Shown here piece by piece: positions 57,497 to 64,000 of a stretch of 64,000 nucleotides of DNA (the stretch's first letter is position 1; each line of letters opens with the position of its first letter). The position numbers were made by a program, and so were the translations under genes. Under the pieces are notes generated by a model. That model was not told the origin of the DNA. It worked only from the letters and a program-made list of their open reading frames with translations, and searched no databases. This stretch comes from Monocercomonoides exilis PA203 (lineage: Eukaryota; Protista; Preaxostyla), in the NCBI GenBank assembly GCA_001643675.2, contig LSRY02000005.1, positions 992,001-1,056,000 on the forward strand, given 5' to 3'.

Positions 57497-60377
57497 ATGT
57501 TGCTATCTCTTTTTATTTTTATTTGTCAGTTTAGATGTGCCCCAGAAAATACTTGTTCTGTTAATGCTGGCGTTGCTTATGATAAAACTGTCGCTTCAAC
57601 TTGCTTAAAATATTTACCTGTATGATTTTATGCATTTTTTAAAAATATGCTTATTTCCAATTCAAATGAAATATAAGAAATACAATAAAGATTTAGACGA
57701 AGTTAAAAATCTTGTACCAAACATTATTAATTGGCTTGATGGCTATGCTTATCGAGATATGCTTTATGAAAATGATGGTGATCTTTCTGTAACGAAAGTT
57801 GATATAATCGAAAAACTCAAAAAATTGGTTGACAGCCCAAAAAACTATGAATACGTTTATGAATTTTATCAAGATGTTGCAAACACTATTGCGCAATTTG
57901 ATGACCCTAATCTCCAATATCATTTTCCATGTTCTGATTTGTTTTCAATTGGACTTCCATTTTGGTTTGAAATGAAAATGGTTGATAAATCAACAGGAGA
58001 TGGCCAAGAATGTCAAGTTATTGCAAAAGATTGGGAGCAGCATCCGAGAAACTGTTGGGGATTGACAGAGCGATATCTTAAAGATAACAATAAAGTTTCA
58101 CTCGAAAATAAGAAAATTACAGGATTCAAGATTGGGACAGAAGAGATGAATAAAAATCCTTGTAAAGCCCTTTCCGATTGGGCTGAAGCAAATGCTCGTG
58201 GAGGTTTTTCAAAAAGTTCAAAAATGGATATTGCTCTTTCCAGCGACTTTAGTTTTCGCCCATTGTGGAAGTACCCGATTCCAAGCGAAAAGTCAATTAC
58301 TGTAGAGTACGAATACTATGATGAAACAAAAAAGGAATTGATTCATGCTGAAAAGGAACTGCCATTTTACACATTTGTACACCATACAATTAGCAACAAT
58401 AAAGTTGAAGAATATTGCCCTCTACGTTCTAAGGCAAATGTGAACGCAATTCAAAATAACAAAGGAAGATTGAATCAAAGTATGGTGGCAGAAATAAAAG
58501 CGAAAGAGAAAGAAGCACAAGCTGTTAATAACATGGACGAAAAAACAAGAAGCCTTCACCAATATTTAGCTCAAAGTGGAGTTCACGAGCAAATTAAAGA
58601 AGAAGTGAAATACTCAGGTGCTATGGACACATTGTCTGCGAAAGGCCATTCAAAGACAAACGAACACAAATTGAAAGTGAGCAACGACGGAGATGCTCAA
58701 ATGGTGATTGATGGACAATTTGTGGATGGTGTGTTTTGGGGAAAGAAAGATCTTGCTCTCCTTGCAATCGAATCATTTGCCCCAAGTACGGATAGCATGA
58801 TCACCAGCTGGATTCAGAATGTTCGAGACATCATGATTGAATTCGTCAAACGCAACAAAACGAGACTGGTCCTTGATTTGCGCGGTAATGAAGGAGGAAG
58901 CGAAACTCTTGCTGGATATCTTTTGAGGATATTGTTCCCAACTGCATTCCCGTTCAATGGTCCACTCCGCACAGTCAAAGCAAAAGCCAACCAGATGATG
59001 ATGTCGAAGCTTGTGGATGGTAAAGTCAGGCTGATTATGAATCACACCAGCCTCCACATTATTCCCGAGCTGTTTGGCACAACGACAACAAAGAAAATCA
59101 CTCCTCCTTCTGGTGAGCGATCGCAGAACTGGACGTCAATTTTCTCAATCAACGGCGACAGGAATGATGCACTTCTGAAGTGGTATCAGAGCTGGGCAGA
59201 CCGCGACAAGCTGTCACTTACAGCACAGAATGTTGTTGTTGTTGTTGATGGGCGCTGCATGGGTGCCTGCGGGCAGTTTGCAAAGCACTTGGCAGAGAAG
59301 AAGCTTGCTCGTGTTGTGTCAATCGGAGGCGGAAACTCGTTCTGGGAGAGCAACTCTGCTGAGAAATGGGACATTGGAGGGTCATCTTCGGCATATGTTG
59401 TCCGATCTAGTACACTTGGTGCCACAGCATCGGCTGAAAGCAACGGAGAGTCGAATGCAGAGCCGAAGGCGTTTGACAGAACTGATTCGTACATTCAATA
59501 TTCGATGATGGATCCACTCTCATTTGAGAAAGGCAGTGAACAGAAGTCGCTGCAGTTCAAACGTGTGGAGCCATACGAACACAAGCGGATGTATTTGAAC
59601 TTGCTGAGCCATACGTCCCTTTCCGATTTTAATCTGCTTGGTGATGCCATGGAGAATTACTTCAACATTTGCATGAAAGGCGAGGTGAGGATTGATCCGA
59701 AGGACACGACGTGCTACGAAGGAGAAGACCACACACTCAAAGGGAGACCTTGCTCAGATGATAGAAAGTCGTGGAACACACAGACATGCGTTGTGGGAGG
59801 ATGTGTGCGTGGATACTACTTCAACAATGACGGGAAGTGTGTGGCAATCCCCAAAGTTTCTGAGCTTAAAGAAGAAGATAACGACAACAACAACACAGAT
59901 CCTAACCCCCGAATAAACAAGGCAATGGACAACTGGGTGCTTGTGCTCATTATTTGCCTGGGAGTGCTTTTGGTGGTCTCCGTTCTGGTGATCGTTGTTG
60001 TGTGTGCCACTCGCAAGAAGCCCGAGCAGAAGAAAGGAGCAGCTTTGCCAGGCAAAGATGTGATTGCAGGCGATGCACCAAATGTGAATGAATCGCTCAC
60101 CAGACGCAGCGACGGCGTGCTGGAAGAAGGGGAATACAAACGAGACCAGGCAAATGTGGCCTTTGCTTCTGATGCCAATGCAACAGTTGCTGTTGGACAG
60201 GCACCTTCTGTTTCTGTCAGTCTTTCTGATCCATCTCAGACTTCTCAGCCTAATATCTCTATCTCTGCTTCTGTTGATGTTGAACAAGCCAATGCTACAT
60301 ATCCAGCAGATCCTACGCAACAACAACAGAATGCTGCTACTCAACCTGGAGTGATGTATGAAGCTGTTTCAATGTAA
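57497..60377 (+). CDS. Membrane-anchored peptidase S41-like surface protein (catalytic Ser apparently replaced)
   Basis: Exon 1 57497-57619 (signal peptide MLLSLFIFICQFRCA), phase-0 intron, exon 2 from about 57678. S41 motif LVLDLRGNEGG and VVVVDGRCMGAC, a Cys-rich juxtamembrane module, and TM WVLVLIICLGVLLVVSVLVIVVVC. Confidence 0.7.
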
Positions 60378-60905
60378 GTTATTTGTTTATGTTCAAACAT
60401 TACTATAATTGTACATAATTTATTTACTGTGAAGTTTCTATAAAATTTGTTCCTTTTCGTTTCAAAGATTTTTTTTAACACGGTAATTTGAAACTATGAG
60501 ATCATGTTCGGTGTATGAATTGAGGACACGATAAAAATTTTGAGATTTTTATCCTATCCAATCGACGTTGAACATAAACTTATATAAACACTTACATTGA
60601 CTGTTAAAGCTGAAATCTTACTTATTTCCTTTTCACAACACTTTTTTTTAAAGAAAAAATATTAAGAGTTGTTATAATCTTATTTTAAAAATGAGTTCAA
60701 ATTGGATCATGATACTTGATTGTTTTATTAGTTTAAATGGGCGTGATCTCTTTTGATTATTGATCAATCGTTTTTCTTGAAAAGACGAACTCATAACGGA
60801 AGCTATCAGATATCATTGATTAATAATTGAAGCTAGTATTCCTTTTGTTAGATTTGATCTGCCTTTTGTGCAAAATTAGTCTTCAACTACAGTTTTTCAT
60901 CAATC

Positions 60906-63076
60906 ATGGCATCTCAACGTGACAGATCCGGAACAGGTCTTGGAAGTAGTTCAAAAACAACAAAACCTACACGTAAGGTTCGGAAGCCATCGGATAATAC
61001 CATCATATTTTTGGATTGGTTTGATTCAATTTTTATTTCACGTTTTTGCACTGGTTTTTCTCTTTTTTTTGGGAAATTTGTAATTGTTATTAACAATGAT
61101 ATGCTTAGGGACGATACATTGCTTGCAAGCAGCGTATTGTTATTGAATGAAATTACTCTTCAAACACCAATTGTTCCTAGAGAAATTGAACAACAATTTA
61201 TACCACTTCAGGAGCATGTCCTTAAGCTTTTTGACATTGCATATGAATACACGTCACATGTCTTTGTCGTTACAAATGCTGAGGTTTGCGAATATTTGAA
61301 TGCTAATTTTTTTTTAAAATTTATTATTGATTTAGCAAGGTTGGGTCGAACTGAGTGCCAAGAAATTTATGCCAAGGATCCACGAGCAAATTCACCGTTT
61401 GCACATAATATCAGCAAGAACAACATATCAAAACACTTTCCCAAATCAACCGAATATGGTTTGCTTCGCAAATTTTCTTTTGGAGGATAATATTTAAAAT
61501 TTTATCTTTTTGATTTAACGCATAATAGTGGAAAAGAACGGCATTCTTGGAGCGTATTCAAGCATGCTTCCCTTCAAAAGGATCATCATTTGTTTCATCG
61601 ACAACAACAGCTATTTCTGCAGCAATGGGAACAATTGTTTCTCCTTCATCTCATCATCCTACAAAACAAATAGGGCCAGACGATTTGAATGTTATTTCAT
61701 TGGGAGACAGCGAATGTGAACGTAACGCGCTTTTATCTATTGGAAGGCTGTGCTCTTCATCTGCTCGGCTCAAATCAATAAAGTTTGTCGAGCGGCCAAC
61801 AACAGAACAGCTGAAGCGGCAGCTACTTATGATCCAAGGCAACTTTCAGTTCATAGTGAAACACGAAGGCTCTCTTGACCTTATGCTGCAGATCTCGACG
61901 CTCCAATGCCCCAACTCAGACGGCGAAGACAGCGGCGACCAGACACCTGCGGACGGGGCCAAGACGCCTGGAGGAAGCGAGAAGGCTGGGAGTGCTGGAG
62001 CTGGTGCTGGTGGAAGAGGGAAAGCAAGCGACAGAGCTGGCGAATCTGGAGGCAAAGGAGGCCTTATGAAAAGTGGGATCGGCGGGATTTCTGAGCTTCG
62101 TGGGCTGACGCAGAATTTGACAGACCCAAATGCTGATGTACCGTATAACTCACCAGATGGGCGGATATCAGGGCCTGCGATATCGTCACCTTCACATCGC
62201 ACACTGCCTTCTTCTTCCTCCTCCTCCTCCTCCTCATCTCCTTCGTTAGGCACAGGCGCTTCATCTGCTTCTACCCTGATCACTCCGACTTCGCCGCCTC
62301 CGTCGCATCTTTCGCCAACTCAACTATCTTCACTGTCGTCGTCTTCATCTCGACAATCTGCAATTTCAACACCAACATCTCATCATTCACAGACACGAAC
62401 ACATTTGTCTCAATCTTCTTCCTCTTCCTCCTCTTCCACATCTCCATCATCATCTTCTTCACAATCATCACTGTCATTATCCTCATCAACTTCTTCCTCC
62501 TCTTCTTCATCGCTCACTCGTTCTTTGACGCCTTTGTCATCTCCATCTGGCTCGCCTATCAACACGCCAGTTCGATCACCTTTCCATTCGCCGTCTTCTG
62601 TCTTGTCTTCGCTGCCAACGATATCAACTGCAGCGTCTCCATCATCCCTATACTCTTCTAAACTGACTCATGCTTCTTCTTCCCCTGCCTATTATTCAAC
62701 ATCATCTTCTTCCTCATCTTCCTCCTCCTCCTCCTCTTCTTCTTCTTCTTCTTCCACACGCACACCACAGTCAACCTCCTCATTCCGTTCCGGAACGTCT
62801 CGCACAGCGGCATCTGCAACCGCATCTTCTGCCGCATCTCTTTCGTCGCTGACTGCTTCTGTTCGCAGAACTTCCCTCACTCCGCCTTCATCACTCAGAG
62901 GCGCCTCTTCAACACCATCGCAATCATCTTCGTTGTCTGCATCTACACTGTGTGTATCGTCTCCTCCGCTTTCTGCAATGACTTCGAGCTTTGGCTCTTC
63001 AACTGTTGTTCCTTCATCTCGTTTGACTGTTGGAGGGAGGAAAGATGACAGCGACCGTAGCAGAAGGAAAGTTTGA
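60906..63076 (+). CDS. HAD-like family protein (DWDDTL type) with very Ser-rich C-terminal tail
   Basis: Splicing 61019-61108 restores IIFLDWDDTLL (HAD motif I). Further motifs VFVVTNAE|GWVELSA, IISAR, WKKNGI/WKRTAF region, NVISLGDSECER and KSIKFVERP, followed by a poly-Ser tail to 63076. Confidence 0.75.
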
Positions 63077-63621
63077 CATGACTTATTCTTGAATACAAGA
63101 ATATATACATAGTTGTGAGCGTTCACATAAGTAATTGTTTTCTATTTCGGTTTAGCTGCTTTTTTTAAGTAACTTTTTGTTTCTTCTTGCAAGAGTTGGG
63201 GCTTTTATGAAATGTTTATTATATCGTCTCTTCATCATATATGTTTTGTTCGTCCAGATTGTTTTGATTATATGTTATATGTTTTATTCAGTAGCAAATG
63301 AAATCTTTGCTTTCTATTTTAGATGCTTTTTTTTCATTTGCTGACTTTTCAGACAAAATAATTTGCATGAAATAAAAAAATTCATCTCACATTTCATTAA
63401 GAAATTTCGTTGTTTAATAATGAAGTGCAAAATCGTTTGTGAGTAAGTTATTTTATTTTATTTTTTCTCCCATCATTAACGTTAACAACAATTGCAAAGA
63501 TTTATATGTGATAAAATTTTTGAATTGTCTTTAAAAACAATTCACATTCCTTTTGCATTTCAACGAATGTGCTTCCCTTTTTTACATTCCAAAAAGCATG
63601 CAAAGAGCATTTGTGCAAAAA

Positions 63622-64000
63622 CTAACATTTTCGAAGGGCATCACGCTGCTGTTGTGGAGTCAAACTTGCTCCATTATTTCTGCATTCTCTTGGAACAAAG
63701 CTGTTTCTGCGACTTGTTCCACTCGAAGGTGCTGTTTGCGAAGATGTCTGTTTGGTAGAGGATTCGCAAGGTGAAGCTGCTTTTGAATTTCCAGGTTTTT
63801 GACAATTTGATTTCGCCATTTCATTTTCTTTTGCACAAGGATCAGCTGGCTTACCAAAAGGGCCTGCCATAGGGGGGATAGAAAATGGCTGAGGCTTTGT
63901 ATCAAAAGCAGCCTTGGAAGGAGTTCCTTCGCTTCCAAAAATTGATGAAGGATTACCCAAATTTCCACCACAAAGACTTCCAATGTCATACTCAGCCAAT
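63622..64000 (-). CDS. 3' part of an unidentified gene running off the window
   Basis: Open frame of at least 125 aa from the window edge to the stop at 63622, with coding-like composition and no recognisable domain. Confidence 0.45.
   Translation of the reverse strand, partial: LAEYDIGSLCGGNLGNPSSIFGSEGTPSKAAFDTKPQPFSIPPMAGPFGKPADPCAKENEMAKSNCQKPGNSKAASPCESSTKQTSSQTAPSSGTSRRNSFVPRECRNNGASLTPQQQRDALRKC

Noticed and set aside
17494-63126. Numerous antisense and alternate-frame ORFs overlapping the long genes
   Set aside because: Expected shadows of codon-biased or low-complexity coding sequence; no independent motifs.
1-64000. Reassigned genetic code (TAA/TAG read as Gln, as in some oxymonads)
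   Set aside because: Conserved genes (PACRG, V-ATPase B, Pth2) end at TAA exactly where expected, and multi-kb ORFs contain no in-frame TAR.

Overview
Gene-dense, AT-rich eukaryotic DNA with many short spliceosomal introns (GTTTG/GTATG/GTGTG donors, AG acceptors) and the standard genetic code. The style, including a giant GGA-repeat surface protein with a dead TKL kinase tail, resembles an oxymonad such as Monocercomonoides; this identification is inference. About 15 protein genes are supported, in order: Bdp1-like SANT protein, TPR+TBC1D19-like protein, PACRG, a Hop1/HORMAD that probably splices on into a winged-helix and multi-closure-motif tail, a 3593-aa intronless Sfi1-repeat protein, a UBA-SEP p47-like protein without UBX, V-ATPase subunit B, a HEATR3/Syo1-like protein, a telobox Myb protein, a CrtI/RetSat-like FAD oxidoreductase, a degenerate Pth2, a 2.7-kaa beta-helix receptor pseudokinase head-to-head with a membrane S41 peptidase-like protein lacking its catalytic Ser, a HAD-like protein and a partial gene at the right edge. 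Non-coding highlights are a 1.62-kb foldback-type element (TA|CACC...GGTG|TA) whose inverted arms are built from ~20-bp palindromic tandem monomers, a second decayed terminus of that family, a ~340-bp hairpin/MITE-like element and a dense TGAC/GTCA motif cluster. The first ~4 kb looks like a decayed multi-exon gene. No rRNA, tRNA or CRISPR array was recognised. Family calls come from motif recognition by eye, not database searches.
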